In this document: piece by piece, positions 43,478 through 54,202 of the stretch | Layout: the number at the start of each line of letters is the position of its first letter | Position numbering within the stretch: position 1 is the stretch's first letter | Source of the DNA: Calditrichales bacterium | GTDB taxonomy: Bacteria > Calditrichota > Calditrichia > Calditrichales > J004 | Reading direction: 5' to 3' | Length of the DNA stretch: 64,000 nt | NCBI GenBank assembly: GCA_965267575.1 | Contig: OZ254086.1 | Span: 992,001-1,056,000 of the forward strand | Made by a program: the position numbers and the translations under genes | Notes under the pieces: generated by a model | What the model was told of the DNA's origin: nothing | What the model saw: only the letters and a program-made list of their open reading frames with translations | Databases searched by the model: none

Positions 43478-45535
43478 TCAGGATGCGGATTCACCTTTCA
43501 TGTCGCCGCGGGCAAAAATGCTGGCAACATAATTCAGCACGTCCGTGGCGCTTTCTTCGGTATAGCCAAAGTTTTTCACAAGGCGCGACTTAACCACATC
43601 GATTTTCTGCTGCGTTTCCTTGTCTACAACGCGGGAAACAAGTGTCGTCAATTTGATCGTATCTTTCTGGTCTTCAAACAATTTCATTTCCAGCGCGCGG
43701 CGCAGTCTCTCGTTGGATTTCCAGTCGAACTGCTTGCCCTCCAGCGAAAGCGCCCCAATGTAGTTCATGATCTCACGGCGGAAATCATCCTTGCGCGATT
43801 CGGGAATATCGATTTTCTCTTCAATGGAACGCATCAGCCGTTCATCAGGCTCCTCATCTTCACCGGTATATTTGTTCTTTACCTTTTCCTTTTGCGTATA
43901 AGCTTTCAGGTTATCTATGTAATTGGCGCAAAGCTTGGTGATCGACTCCTCGTCCGCGCTGATGGCCCGCTGAACTTCGTTTTTAACCACTTCGGTGTAC
44001 TCCTGCTTGATAACGCCAAGCAATTCGCGGAAGCGCTTTTTCTGCTCCTCGCTGGTGATAAGGCTATGGTTTTTCATACCGGCCTCCAGCTCGTTCATAA
44101 CCATAAACGGGTTGATGTAGGATTCTTCCAGGTCATTAACCAGCGCGTTGCTGATCTTGTCCTGGATGTAGCGCGGCGAAACTCCTTCCATACCTTCGCG
44201 TTCTGTTTCCTTGCGCAGTTCACGTACATTGTCTTCCGTAAAGCCGGGGATGGTTTTGCCATCGTACAACTTCAGCTTCTGCAGCAAGGTCAGGTTGTGC
44301 TTTTTGGGCTCTTCCAGCCGTGTCAGCACCGCCCACATGGCCGCCATTTCGATGGTATGCGGCGCGATGTGTTTACCCAGCACTTTTTCCGTGCTGTAGT
44401 CTTTTTTGTAGATCTTCACCTCTTCATTGAATTTGGTGATGTAGGGGATGTCGATTTTTACCGTCCGGTCACGCAGCGCCTCCATAAATTCGTTGTTCTG
44501 CAGCTTGCGGTATTCCGGCTCATTGGTATGCCCGATGATCACTTCATCAATATCGGTCTGGGCAAATTTCTTGGGCTTGATTTTATGCTCTTGCGACGCG
44601 CCAAGCAGGTCATACAAGAAGGCTACATCCAGTTTTAACACCTCAATAAATTCGATGATACCGCGGTTGGCGATGTTGAATTCACCGTCAAAATTAAATG
44701 CCCGCGGATCGGAATCCGAGCCGTATTCGGCAATCTTGCGGTAATTGATGTCGCCCGTAAGCTCCGTTGAGTCCTGGTTTTTTTCATCCTTGGGTTGAAA
44801 TGTTCCAATGCCAACACGGTCCTTTTCAGAAAGTGTTACCCGGCGCACCTTAACATGCTTGATAACCTTGGTCCAGTCACCATCATACTTCTGCATCAGC
44901 GAGTTAAAGATGAAGCGGCTGGCCGGGTTGAGGTCGCCTTCCAGGTTGATCTTTTTATGAGCAGGCAGCTTTTTGTTTATGTCTGCCAGAAAGGCTTTGC
45001 GTATTTCAACAGGAAGGATCAATAGCGGATCCTGGTGCATCGGGCAGGGCAGCTCGCCATTGGACTCTCCGTCCAGGTCGACCCAGCTGTAGGTATAAAG
45101 AGCCCCTTCAGGCGTTTTGGAATAATCTTCCAATCCGCGTTTAAGCAATCGCGCAATTGTACTTTTTGCGCTGCCCACGGGACCATGAAGCAGGAGAACA
45201 CGCTTTTCCGTTCCGTAGCGATGGGCAGCCGCCTTAAAATTATTAACCAGCTTCATCAGCGGGATGTCCAGGCCGTAAACGGCATCCCGTCCATTATGCA
45301 GCGGGTCATCAAAAAAGTTGTAATGAACGATTTTCTTGCGGCTGTCTATATATTCCTTGGTGCCGAAAGAAAGCACCATATCATAGACACGCTGATAGGC
45401 ACTGCGCGACACTTCCGGATTGCTGGAAACCATGTCAAGATACTCTTCGAAAGAACCGGACCAGTTCAGGTCGTGATATTCCTTCTCATCGTAATGCTTC
45501 TTGAACTCCTCAAGAATCTTCTGGCTGGCTTTCAT
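43478..45535 (-). CDS. prkA: PrkA/YeaG family AAA+ serine protein kinase
   Basis: [70 protein letters not shown] before ATG 45535. Confidence 0.95.
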   Translation of the reverse strand: MKASQKILEEFKKHYDEKEYHDLNWSGSFEEYLDMVSSNPEVSRSAYQRVYDMVLSFGTKEYIDSRKKIVHYNFFDDPLHNGRDAVYGLDIPLMKLVNNFKAAAHRYGTEKRVLLLHGPVGSAKSTIARLLKRGLEDYSKTPEGALYTYSWVDLDGESNGELPCPMHQDPLLILPVEIRKAFLADINKKLPAHKKINLEGDLNPASRFIFNSLMQKYDGDWTKVIKHVKVRRVTLSEKDRVGIGTFQPKDEKNQDSTELTGDINYRKIAEYGSDSDPRAFNFDGEFNIANRGIIEFIEVLKLDVAFLYDLLGASQEHKIKPKKFAQTDIDEVIIGHTNEPEYRKLQNNEFMEALRDRTVKIDIPYITKFNEEVKIYKKDYSTEKVLGKHIAPHTIEMAAMWAVLTRLEEPKKHNLTLLQKLKLYDGKTIPGFTEDNVRELRKETEREGMEGVSPRYIQDKISNALVNDLEESYINPFMVMNELEAGMKNHSLITSEEQKKRFRELLGVIKQEYTEVVKNEVQRAISADEESITKLCANYIDNLKAYTQKEKVKNKYTGEDEEPDERLMRSIEEKIDIPESRKDDFRREIMNYIGALSLEGKQFDWKSNERLRRALEMKLFEDQKDTIKLTTLVSRVVDKETQQKIDVVKSRLVKNFGYTEESATDVLNYVASIFARGDMKGESAS

Positions 45536-45837
45536 GTGACCCTCCTGTTTGGGCATTTTATTTGCAGAAATTTTGATAATGATACAATTCGCGATCAGGG
45601 CTTGTTCCAATCAGAGATCACGTTTTATTAACAAAAATTATAACCGGGTCCGGGCAAAGGAGATTCGGGACTGCTGCATTTTCCACAGGAATTGCACCTG
45701 AATAAGATTGTCGTCTTACCCCCATGCGGCATTAGCGATCTATCTCAGTTTTCGTGGAAATGTTCAGGAACGATTCGATAGTGCTTGAATGAACGAGAGA
45801 CTAAATGTAAATTTTGTTAACACTTATGGACTGTCTT

Positions 45838-48800
45838 ATGCGATATAACGTCATCACCCGCTGGCTGCTTCCGCTGTGCTGCATTTTTTTTAATATCAGC
45901 CTGCATGCTCAGGAAAGTCAACCGTTTTCTATATTGAAAACAAGCCGCATCCACGGAATCATTCCGGACATCAATGATGCCTATGGCGTGGTGTTTCGTG
46001 ACTTGAACAATGACGGCAATCCGGACTTGTATTTTGCCTGTTTCCGCAATCTCAACCGGCTGTTAATAAATAACGGCGGGTTGATTCCCTTTGTAGACCG
46101 TACCATTGCTTCGGGAACCGGCGGCTATCTGATGACCAGCGGATTTACCAACCTGGAACTGGGCGCGGCCTGCGCGGATTATGACAACGACGGTCGGGCC
46201 GATCTTTTCCTGGCCGGTTGGGGCAAAACCCATCGCCTGTTTCACAACAGCGGCGACGTGCGCTTTGAAGACGCCACCAAAAACCTGAACGCCTGGGGCA
46301 AACTGGACGCCAACCAGGGTCTGTGGCTGGATGCCGATTCCGACGGATTCCTGGATTTATTTGTGACCGATGAGCACCACAGCAACCGCCTGTTTCATAA
46401 CCAGCGTAACGGCTATTTTGAAGAGGTAATCTGGACCGAAGAATTTCTTGGGCAGGCGGTGAGCCAGGGCGCTGCGGCATCGGACGCAGACCTGGACGGG
46501 GATATGGACATCTATGTCTGCAACTGGTTCGAGCCGGATTACTTGCTGATCAATAACGGCGACGGCGTATTTGCCCGCGCTACCCTTCCGCTGACAACTT
46601 TAACAGACAGCGTCTCCACTAATAGCGCCACCTTCGCCGACAGCGACAATGACGGCGACATGGACCTTTTTGTCGCCGGTGACAACGGCCGCATTTATTA
46701 CTATGAAAATGACAGCCGCGACAGCGTGCTGACCTTTATCGAACACACTGATCTTCCTTTTTCCGATACCGGCAACCGTGTGTTTGGCCTGCTGCTGGAG
46801 GATTTCAACCTTGATGGATGGCTGGATATTCTGATCACTATGAAGGGGATGAACCGGCTTTATTTTTTTGACCCTGCCGCCAAAGCCTTTCCGGATGCTT
46901 TTGATACGGACTATACCGAAGCCTACAGCACCGGCTCCGCCGCCGCCGACCTGGACCGTGACGGCGACCTGGACCTGGTGATAAGCAATAAGGACGAAAA
47001 CAGCGAATTCTACCTGAATACCCTCAACGCCGATCATTACCTTATCCTGAACCTGAAGGGCGTGCGCTCCAACCACGACGCCATCGGCGCCAAAGTCTTT
47101 TTTTACAGCACAGGCGGTGAAGAGCGCGAACTGTTGGGCTTGCGCGAAGTGAGCGCGCAAAGCGCATACCTCTCCTCATCGGACCCGCGTATTTACTTCG
47201 GCACCAAGGGTCACGAGCGTCTTTTTGCCCGTATTATTTTCCCGGGCGGTGAGGTGATCGAAAAAGACAGACTTGTGCCGGGAAGGGAATACACTGTTTA
47301 TGAACATAAGTGGGTTTTGAATGCCTATTACAGCGCGATCAGCAGCGCGCGCATTCTGGCAAACCGGCCCGATTTCTGGTATAACCTGCTGCTTTCACTG
47401 CTGATCATTATTAATATTTCCGCGCATGTTGGTCTGGGGCAACGGCGCTATTCCTGGTCTTCGCTCAACGCGTCCATGCAGCTTTTTATGTGGTTCCTGC
47501 TGATCTTTTTTCTCTTCCTATTCTTGCGGGATTCTTCCACCACGCTGGTTTTACAGGTCATCGCCGGGCTGGCGCTTTTTGGCAGCGCCCTTTCCGTTTT
47601 TTACAACGAGCACTTTTTAAGACAGCGCCGCAAGCGCGAACGTATTCGCAGGTTGCTCCAGGATCTAAGCGAACGCATTCTGCAAATACACAATAACCAA
47701 GAACTGGCCGCCGATACCGTTCAGACGGTAACCCGCCATCCGGACGTTCGAAAAGCAGCCGTTTATTTCAAAACCGACGAGCAGCAGCTTGAACTGGTCC
47801 ATGCTTCATCCGCAAACGGACTGCCCGCGAAAATAGAGGCCACTTTTGAGCAGGGTGATTTTCAACTCAATCAGGAGCAAAGTTTTTCAGAAGCGCTCAA
47901 TGTGCACATCCCTATTCATCGTAAGCAAACGCTGATGGGTCTGCTGGCGTTAAACATGCAGCACGCCGAAAGGGCCGTCAACCGCGAGGACTTCAGGCAG
48001 ATCCAGAGTATTGCCGCGCAAATGGCCGTTGCCATTGAAAACAACGACTACATCGAAAAAACATCGCGCCTGGTAGAGCAACTGACCGCAACACGCGTGC
48101 GTGAAGAGTATGTGGAACAACTGGAAAAGACCAATCAACAACTGGATACAAAAAACCGCGAACTGCAAAGGCTTTTCCGGGAGCTGCAGGATAAGGAAGC
48201 GCAGCTTGTTCACTCCGAAAAAATGGCTTCTTTGGGCCAACTGGTTGCCGGAATTTCACACGAATTAAATAACCCGATCAGCTTTATTTACAGTAACATG
48301 CGCGTCTTATCAGACTATGTGCGCGAGATAGAAGAGCTGCTGCAAGACGAAAAGCATTCCAAGGATGCGGCCGCGCTAAGGGAACTACTGGAGGACATTT
48401 ATTCCACGATTGAGGACAGCGTGAAAGGCAGTAAAGCCGTCAAGGAAATCGTTCAGAACCTGAAAAGTTTTTCGCGCATTGACCAGGCAGAATGGAAGGA
48501 ATCGACCCTCGACGAAATTCTCGATACCTGCCTGAAAATATTAAAACCGCACATACCCGATCGTATTAAAGTCTCAATTAAACTTAAGGATAATCCCGTG
48601 CTTTTCTGCAACCCGGGACAGCTCAACCAGGTGTTTATTAACCTGCTGATCAACGCGGTGCAGGCCATAGAGGGTGAGGGCCAAATCGGGGTTTCATCGG
48701 AGCAGCAAAAAAACGATCTGGTTATAAATGTAAAAGACAGCGGCGGCGGCATCAGCGAAGAAAATAAATCGCGTATTTTTGACCCCTTTTTTACCACCAA

Positions 48801-48966
48801 ACCGGTAAGCAAGGGCACCGGCCTCGGTCTGAGTATTTCCTATTCCATAATTGAAAAACACAACGGCAGCATGGAAGTTGACAGCAGTCCGGGCGAGGGC
48901 ACGACCTTCACGATTCGTTTGCCGTTAAATCCACAACTTGTAGTAGGAAATGAGCCAAAAGCATAA
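45838..48966 (+). CDS. Sensor histidine kinase with FG-GAP/VCBS repeats + ASPIC/UnbV ectodomain, 3 TM, GAF-like domain, HisKA, HATPase
   Basis: Seven Dx(D/N)xDGxxD repeats ([63 protein letters not shown]); [70 protein letters not shown]. Confidence 0.92.
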   Translation: MRYNVITRWLLPLCCIFFNISLHAQESQPFSILKTSRIHGIIPDINDAYGVVFRDLNNDGNPDLYFACFRNLNRLLINNGGLIPFVDRTIASGTGGYLMTSGFTNLELGAACADYDNDGRADLFLAGWGKTHRLFHNSGDVRFEDATKNLNAWGKLDANQGLWLDADSDGFLDLFVTDEHHSNRLFHNQRNGYFEEVIWTEEFLGQAVSQGAAASDADLDGDMDIYVCNWFEPDYLLINNGDGVFARATLPLTTLTDSVSTNSATFADSDNDGDMDLFVAGDNGRIYYYENDSRDSVLTFIEHTDLPFSDTGNRVFGLLLEDFNLDGWLDILITMKGMNRLYFFDPAAKAFPDAFDTDYTEAYSTGSAAADLDRDGDLDLVISNKDENSEFYLNTLNADHYLILNLKGVRSNHDAIGAKVFFYSTGGEERELLGLREVSAQSAYLSSSDPRIYFGTKGHERLFARIIFPGGEVIEKDRLVPGREYTVYEHKWVLNAYYSAISSARILANRPDFWYNLLLSLLIIINISAHVGLGQRRYSWSSLNASMQLFMWFLLIFFLFLFLRDSSTTLVLQVIAGLALFGSALSVFYNEHFLRQRRKRERIRRLLQDLSERILQIHNNQELAADTVQTVTRHPDVRKAAVYFKTDEQQLELVHASSANGLPAKIEATFEQGDFQLNQEQSFSEALNVHIPIHRKQTLMGLLALNMQHAERAVNREDFRQIQSIAAQMAVAIENNDYIEKTSRLVEQLTATRVREEYVEQLEKTNQQLDTKNRELQRLFRELQDKEAQLVHSEKMASLGQLVAGISHELNNPISFIYSNMRVLSDYVREIEELLQDEKHSKDAAALRELLEDIYSTIEDSVKGSKAVKEIVQNLKSFSRIDQAEWKESTLDEILDTCLKILKPHIPDRIKVSIKLKDNPVLFCNPGQLNQVFINLLINAVQAIEGEGQIGVSSEQQKNDLVINVKDSGGGISEENKSRIFDPFFTTKPVSKGTGLGLSISYSIIEKHNGSMEVDSSPGEGTTFTIRLPLNPQLVVGNEPKA

Positions 48967-50395
48967 TATTCTGATTGTTGATGATCAGCAGGAAATTGTA
49001 AACGCGTTGACGCGCATTTTTAAGCGTGAATACAATGTCTTGAGCGCGCTGGGCGGCCGGGAGGCACTGGAGCTTGTAGAGAAAAACGAGATCAGCGTTA
49101 TCCTTAGCGACCAACGCATGCCGCACATGGACGGTGTTACCTTTCTGAAGAAAGCGCGTGAAATCCGGCCCGAAAGCATACGCATCATGATCACCGGTTA
49201 TGCCGATATCGAGGCATCCATCCAGGCCATAAACGAAGCGGGCATTTACCAATATATCTCCAAACCATTTGAACCGGATGAGCTGAAACTGACCGTAAAA
49301 AACGCCATTGAAAGCTATGAGCTTACACAGCAAAACCGCGAGCTGCGGCAAAACCTGATCGAAGCCAACGCGCGGCTGGAGAGTGAAAACCGCCAGTTGC
49401 GAAGTGAAGTTACACAGCAGCTGGACCTGGGCAATTTTATAGGTCACAGTCCGCCGGTGCAGCATTTGTTCAAGCTGGTAAAAAAAGTCGTTAATACGCC
49501 AACCACCGTTTTATTGCTGGGTGAAACCGGCACGGGCAAGGAAATGCTGGCGCGCATGATCCATTACAACAGCGATCGAAAAGCACAGCCCTTCGTGGTG
49601 CAAAATTGCGGCGCGATTCCGGACACACTTCTGCAAAGCGAATTGTTTGGCCACACAAAGGGCGCGTTTACAGGAGCGGTGCAAGAAAAAAAGGGGCTGT
49701 TCCAGCAGGCGGATAAGGGAACCGTTTTCCTGGATGAAATTGGCGATACGACTCCGGCCCTTCAATTGGGTCTGCTGCGTGTGCTGCAGGAGGGCGAAAT
49801 AAAGCCGCTTGGCAGCAACAAAACTATTCACGTAAACGTACGCGTCATAGCCGCAACCAATCGCGATCTGAAGGCGGATGTGGAGGCCGGGCGTTTCCGT
49901 GAAGATCTCTATTACCGGCTGAATGTATTTCCGTTGCGCATACCGCCTTTGAGAGAACGCCGCGAAGATATCGGGGATCTTGTGCGTTTCTTTGTTAAGA
50001 AGTATGCAATCCGTATCGGAAAAAAAGTCAAAGATATTGATCCGGCATTTATAGCTCTGCTACGGCAAGCCAAACTGCCCGGCAACGTGCGTGAGCTGGA
50101 AAACGAAATTGAACGGGTTATAACCCTTGCCGATGACAATGAGCCGATCGGGCCGGAACTGCTTTCCGAGCGTTTCCGTGAGGCAAATGGAAAAACAACT
50201 GAGATTCCTGCTCATCACACGGAACTAAAGCCGGCCATAGAAGAGCTGGAAAAGCACATGATAGAGCGGGCCTTAAAAAACGAAAGCGGCAATATTTTAA
50301 AAGCCGCAGAAGAATTGGGCATCAGTCGTGTGGGTCTGCATAAAATGTTAAAACGCCATAATATTGATGCCAAGAGTTACAAAAACAACAATTAA
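48950..50395 (+). CDS. Sigma54-dependent response regulator (NtrC family)
   Basis: REC ILSDQRMP; GETGTGKE; SELFGHTKGAFTGA; FLDEIG; FREDLYYRLNV; PGNVRELEN; C-terminal Fis-type HTH. Confidence 0.95.
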   Translation: MSQKHNILIVDDQQEIVNALTRIFKREYNVLSALGGREALELVEKNEISVILSDQRMPHMDGVTFLKKAREIRPESIRIMITGYADIEASIQAINEAGIYQYISKPFEPDELKLTVKNAIESYELTQQNRELRQNLIEANARLESENRQLRSEVTQQLDLGNFIGHSPPVQHLFKLVKKVVNTPTTVLLLGETGTGKEMLARMIHYNSDRKAQPFVVQNCGAIPDTLLQSELFGHTKGAFTGAVQEKKGLFQQADKGTVFLDEIGDTTPALQLGLLRVLQEGEIKPLGSNKTIHVNVRVIAATNRDLKADVEAGRFREDLYYRLNVFPLRIPPLRERREDIGDLVRFFVKKYAIRIGKKVKDIDPAFIALLRQAKLPGNVRELENEIERVITLADDNEPIGPELLSERFREANGKTTEIPAHHTELKPAIEELEKHMIERALKNESGNILKAAEELGISRVGLHKMLKRHNIDAKSYKNNN

Positions 50396-50442
50396 TGTAT
50401 TTTCTGTTTACAAATAAAAATAAAATGTAAACGATGTTTACG
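50396..50442. promoter_or_regulatory. Two candidate enhancer (UAS) sites, TGT-N11-AC(A/G)
   Basis: tgtattttctgtttaca (50396-50412) and tgtaaacgatgtttacg (50426-50442), 30 bp apart; the second contains the inverted repeat GTAAAC-gat-GTTTAC. Confidence 0.5.
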
Positions 50443-50504
50443 GATCATCGGGAGAAAACATTCGTTAAATGGCTTTACAAGGCCTTTGAACGCAGCTTTA
50501 ATAG

Positions 50505-50520
50505 TGGCACGGTGTTTGAA
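50505..50520 (+). promoter_or_regulatory. Candidate sigma54 promoter
   Basis: TGGCACGGTGTTTGAA against consensus TGGCACG-N4-TTGCW; ends 41 nt upstream of ATG 50562. Confidence 0.6.
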
Positions 50521-50561
50521 GTATATAGTAATGAAAATTTCAAAAAACGCGGGGTGAAACC

Positions 50562-51893
50562 ATGTTAATCCGCTCAATACTTTTCAGCATAATCGTCACA
50601 CTGGGTCTCACGGCCTGCTACACTCAGTTCGCAGTAGTGAAAAGAGATCGTGACGATGTCGTTGTAAAACGAGAACGTGTTTACCGCACGTACGAAGACA
50701 ATCGCAATGACGAAGAAGTCTATTACGAAGACGAGTATTACGATGAATACGAGGATGAAGGATACACGGAAGTGCACGTGACGGAGTACGAATATTATGT
50801 GCAGCCGCACGTTTACCGCTACCGTTTTTCAGCCTATGATCCTTGGTATTACGCGCCTCCGAGAACACATTACCGTCCGCGCTGGCATGTATCGGTTGGC
50901 TGGGGCTGGAGCTATTATGATCCTTATTATGATTACATTCATTGTGGCCCGGCAGACTACTGGTACTACGATCCGTGGGACTACTATTGCACGTACCCGG
51001 TTGTGATTTACAGACCTTATCCGGGTTATTACGGCCACTATTGGGGTGGATATTACGGCGGCTATTATCCGGGATACGGATATGGTCATCATTATGGCAA
51101 ACGCTATTATGACAATCCGCGCCATAAGCAGCGCAAGTTTGCTTCCAATCAAACCGGCAGAGATCCGGTTCGTCGCCCGCGTGTTACCGATGATGCCGGC
51201 AGGTCGCCGCGCATAACCAGCCCTGAGGTGTACCCGACCGGCACAAAGCCCGTCCGCAATCCGCGTACAACAACGGCAGGACGCGATAACGCTGAAAGTG
51301 TCCGCACAGCAAATGAAGCGCCGGTTTACATTCCCGGACGCAGGGGTGCTGAAAGCAAAACGGCCAACGAAAGCGGACGCATCAACCGTCCTGAGCGCAA
51401 CCGGGTGGACAGGGTTGGCGCCGAAAGCAAAACAGCAGCAGAAAACAATCGCCGCTATGAGCGCAAATATTACGATGACGCCAAAAACAGTAAGCGCGCC
51501 CGCGAGCAGGCCCCTGTTTACAAGCCGAGGGTACGTGAAGAACGCAGCACGAGGTCCACAAATGAAAACAGCAGTCCGGTATACAAACCGAGGAACAATA
51601 AGCCGGAACGAAGCAGCGTGGAACGTAAAGGCAGCAATGAAGATTCGCGACCTGTGTACCGCCCGCGCAATAACGACAAGCGTGAAAAACGTGTAAAACA
51701 ATCAGATAAGCCGCGGCGCGACAACAGTTCTTACAAACCGCGCAGTTCCAGCGGACGCAGCAAAAGCAGCTACACGCCGCGCAGCTCTTCGCCTTCAACA
51801 CGAAAAGCCCCGGCAGTGCGCTCCGCTCCGTCCCGTCCCAAATCATCGGGTACGCGCAGCAGCGGTTCCGGCACAAAAAGAAAGCGCGATTAA
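50562..51893 (+). CDS. Lipoprotein with a Tyr/Trp/Pro-rich segment and a disordered Arg/Ser-rich tail
   Basis: Lipobox LTAC-YT; YDPWYY/YDPWDYY/GGYYGGYY tract; repeated PVY(K/R)PR motifs. Confidence 0.75.
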   Translation: MLIRSILFSIIVTLGLTACYTQFAVVKRDRDDVVVKRERVYRTYEDNRNDEEVYYEDEYYDEYEDEGYTEVHVTEYEYYVQPHVYRYRFSAYDPWYYAPPRTHYRPRWHVSVGWGWSYYDPYYDYIHCGPADYWYYDPWDYYCTYPVVIYRPYPGYYGHYWGGYYGGYYPGYGYGHHYGKRYYDNPRHKQRKFASNQTGRDPVRRPRVTDDAGRSPRITSPEVYPTGTKPVRNPRTTTAGRDNAESVRTANEAPVYIPGRRGAESKTANESGRINRPERNRVDRVGAESKTAAENNRRYERKYYDDAKNSKRAREQAPVYKPRVREERSTRSTNENSSPVYKPRNNKPERSSVERKGSNEDSRPVYRPRNNDKREKRVKQSDKPRRDNSSYKPRSSSGRSKSSYTPRSSSPSTRKAPAVRSAPSRPKSSGTRSSGSGTKRKRD

Positions 51894-51908
51894 AGGAGAA
51901 TTTCGAAA

Positions 51909-53276
51909 ATGAAAACGCTCAGATGGATCCTGATACTGATACTCCCCGTATTTATGAAAGCTCAAACGGCATCGGAAATTGTAAATCTTTTTGAACAGGA
52001 AGAGGGCTTCGGTGTACGGGCCGCAGCCATGGGCGATGCTTACCGCAGCGTAGCGGATGATTATTCGGCCATCTACTGGAACCCGGCAGGCTTGGCACAG
52101 GTCTCGGACTTCCAGATCTCCGGCTCCATTTTGCACCGCAACTTCGGTAATGATGCCCAATATCTGAATAACGGGATGGATGACTCCAGAACTTACACCA
52201 AATTTCAGAATATCGGATTGGCTTATCCGTTTCCGGTGGCGCGGGGCAGTTTTGTGATCGCCCTCGGCTACCAGAAGATCAACCATCTTGATGGCTTTGC
52301 AGATTTTAGCGCCTTCAGCCCGATGAGCAACGGGCTGGTTCTCGATTACGGCGGCGGCGAAACGTACGCCTTCGACCGCAACGTGGAGCAAATGTATAAC
52401 ACCTTCCGCGATGGCAGCATGGACCAATGGTCGTTCGGCGCCGCGGTTGATCTTTCGCCCAATTTTTCGGCGGGCCTGGCACTCAACTTCTATGGCGGCA
52501 GCAGCACCTATCTCCTGGAATATGAACAAACGGATGTCAATAATCTTTACACGCTGGACAACGGCCTCGATTTTCACCGCTACGAGTACAGACAGCGCAT
52601 CATCAGCGATTACTCGGGATTTGAAGCAAAGCTGGGCGGATTGTTTTATCTGACACCGAGCCTGAAACTGGGAACGTCGATATCATTCCCCTTTTCCATC
52701 ACGATTGACGAGCAATATTCCGAAAGCGACGCAATTACGTATGACGACCCGGCGATACCTGTAGACGAATACGACCTTGGCAGCGGTGAATTCGATTACC
52801 TCGTGGACCTGCCCTTCCAGTTCAGCAGCGGTATCAGCTACGAGGGGCGCATGTTCACGTTGAGCGGAAGCATTGACTACCGCGACTGGTCACAGATGAA
52901 ATTTGATGTACCTTCCAATCGCGACGCTAATGATTATGACACTTTGTTGACACAAAACAGAGTTTTGCGCGAGGATTACCGCCCGGTTTTATCTTATGCT
53001 GTGGGCGGAGAAGTTAAAGTGGGAGATACGGGACTGATTGTTCGCGGCGGTTACCGTTACCTGCCTTCACCGGAGAAAAACCAAAGCAGCGATTTTGACA
53101 AGAAGTTCTACAGCTTTGGCGTCGGCTACCGTGTGGACTACAAGACCATGATCAATTTTGCTTATGTAAACGGGCAGTGGAGCCTCAACAGCAGCGACTT
53201 TGTTTACCTGGCCGAGCCAGTTCGTCAGGATATTTCTACCAGCACCTATATGTTCGGCCTGAATTTCAGCTTATAA
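51909..53276 (+). CDS. OmpP1/FadL-family outer-membrane barrel
   Basis: AAGGAG RBS; GVRAAAMGDAYRSVADDYSAIYWNPAGLA; YRDWSQ; AVGGE..RGGY; SFGVGY. Confidence 0.82.
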   Translation: MKTLRWILILILPVFMKAQTASEIVNLFEQEEGFGVRAAAMGDAYRSVADDYSAIYWNPAGLAQVSDFQISGSILHRNFGNDAQYLNNGMDDSRTYTKFQNIGLAYPFPVARGSFVIALGYQKINHLDGFADFSAFSPMSNGLVLDYGGGETYAFDRNVEQMYNTFRDGSMDQWSFGAAVDLSPNFSAGLALNFYGGSSTYLLEYEQTDVNNLYTLDNGLDFHRYEYRQRIISDYSGFEAKLGGLFYLTPSLKLGTSISFPFSITIDEQYSESDAITYDDPAIPVDEYDLGSGEFDYLVDLPFQFSSGISYEGRMFTLSGSIDYRDWSQMKFDVPSNRDANDYDTLLTQNRVLREDYRPVLSYAVGGEVKVGDTGLIVRGGYRYLPSPEKNQSSDFDKKFYSFGVGYRVDYKTMINFAYVNGQWSLNSSDFVYLAEPVRQDISTSTYMFGLNFSL

Positions 53277-53277
53277 A

Positions 53278-53305
53278 AAAAGGATGTCCGTTCGGACATC
53301 CTTTT
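53278..53305. terminator. Bidirectional intrinsic terminator
   Basis: aaaaggatgtccg-tt-cggacatcctttt perfect inverted repeat. Confidence 0.85.
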
Positions 53306-53433
53306 GCAGAAAGGAACAGCATATGAACAAGTGGTTTAAGCCCAGCACAAACCGACTGATAGAGGCTTTTCAGATCAACCTGCTTTTCAGCCTGCTTTTT
53401 TCGCAATCCATCAGCGGGCTTTTAGGATTCTGA

Positions 53434-54186
53434 TTATTCTACCGCGGCCTTGAGATATTCTCTGCGCATACGCGCTATGGCCGATATTGATATTTCTTTC
53501 GGACACACAGCCTCACACTCACCAATATTTGTACACGCGCCAAACATCTCTTCATCCATTTGCGCCACCATGCGCTCTACGCGACGGCTTGCCTCCACAC
53601 GGCCTTGCGGCAAAAGCGCATACTGCGAAACCTTGGCGCCGACAAAAAGTGAAGCAGACGCGTTGGGACAAGCGGCAACACAGGCACCGCAACCTATACA
53701 GGCTGCCATATCAAAAGCCTCGTCGGATTTATCCTTTGAGATGGGTATGGCGTTGGCATCCGGGGCGCTGCCCGTGCGTACGGAGATATATCCGCCCGCG
53801 GCCTGGATGCGATCGAATGAACTGCGATCCACAACCAGGTCTTTAACAACCGGAAAAGCCTTTGCCTTCCACGGTTCGATAAATATGGTATCGCCATCTT
53901 TAAAAGCGCGCATGTGCAGCTGGCAAACCGTTGTTCCGCGCCAGGGACCATGCGGCACGCCATTCACAACAAGCCCGCATGTTCCGCAAATACCCTCACG
54001 GCAATCGCTGTCAAACTCCACCGGCTCTTCACCCTTTGAAGTTAACTCTTCATTCAGCACATCCAGCATTTCCAGAAAAGACATTTCCACAGAAACATCC
54101 TTTACCTGGTAATCGACCAGTTTGCCGGGACTGTCAGCGTTCTTCTGACGCCAGATTTTCAATGTCAGATTCAGTGTTTTTTCCAT
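53434..54186 (-). CDS. sdhB: Succinate dehydrogenase/fumarate reductase iron-sulfur subunit
   Basis: [46 protein letters not shown] favours ATG 54186. Confidence 0.95.
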   Translation of the reverse strand: MEKTLNLTLKIWRQKNADSPGKLVDYQVKDVSVEMSFLEMLDVLNEELTSKGEEPVEFDSDCREGICGTCGLVVNGVPHGPWRGTTVCQLHMRAFKDGDTIFIEPWKAKAFPVVKDLVVDRSSFDRIQAAGGYISVRTGSAPDANAIPISKDKSDEAFDMAACIGCGACVAACPNASASLFVGAKVSQYALLPQGRVEASRRVERMVAQMDEEMFGACTNIGECEAVCPKEISISAIARMRREYLKAAVE

Positions 54187-54202
54187 TCTCACAGCTCCTT
54201 TT

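Noticed and set aside
43469-44638. 389-aa alternative-frame ORF inside prkA
   Set aside because: Fully overlaps a strongly conserved gene and has no recognisable motifs; shadow ORF
45611-45837. Possible riboswitch or ncRNA in the divergent prkA/kinase spacer
   Set aside because: No recognisable aptamer, tRNA or terminator motif by eye; an Infernal/Rfam scan would be needed
50829-51701. 290-aa hydrophobic antisense ORF
   Set aside because: Mirror of the low-complexity Tyr/Arg/Asp-rich sense gene; hydrophobicity is a complement artefact
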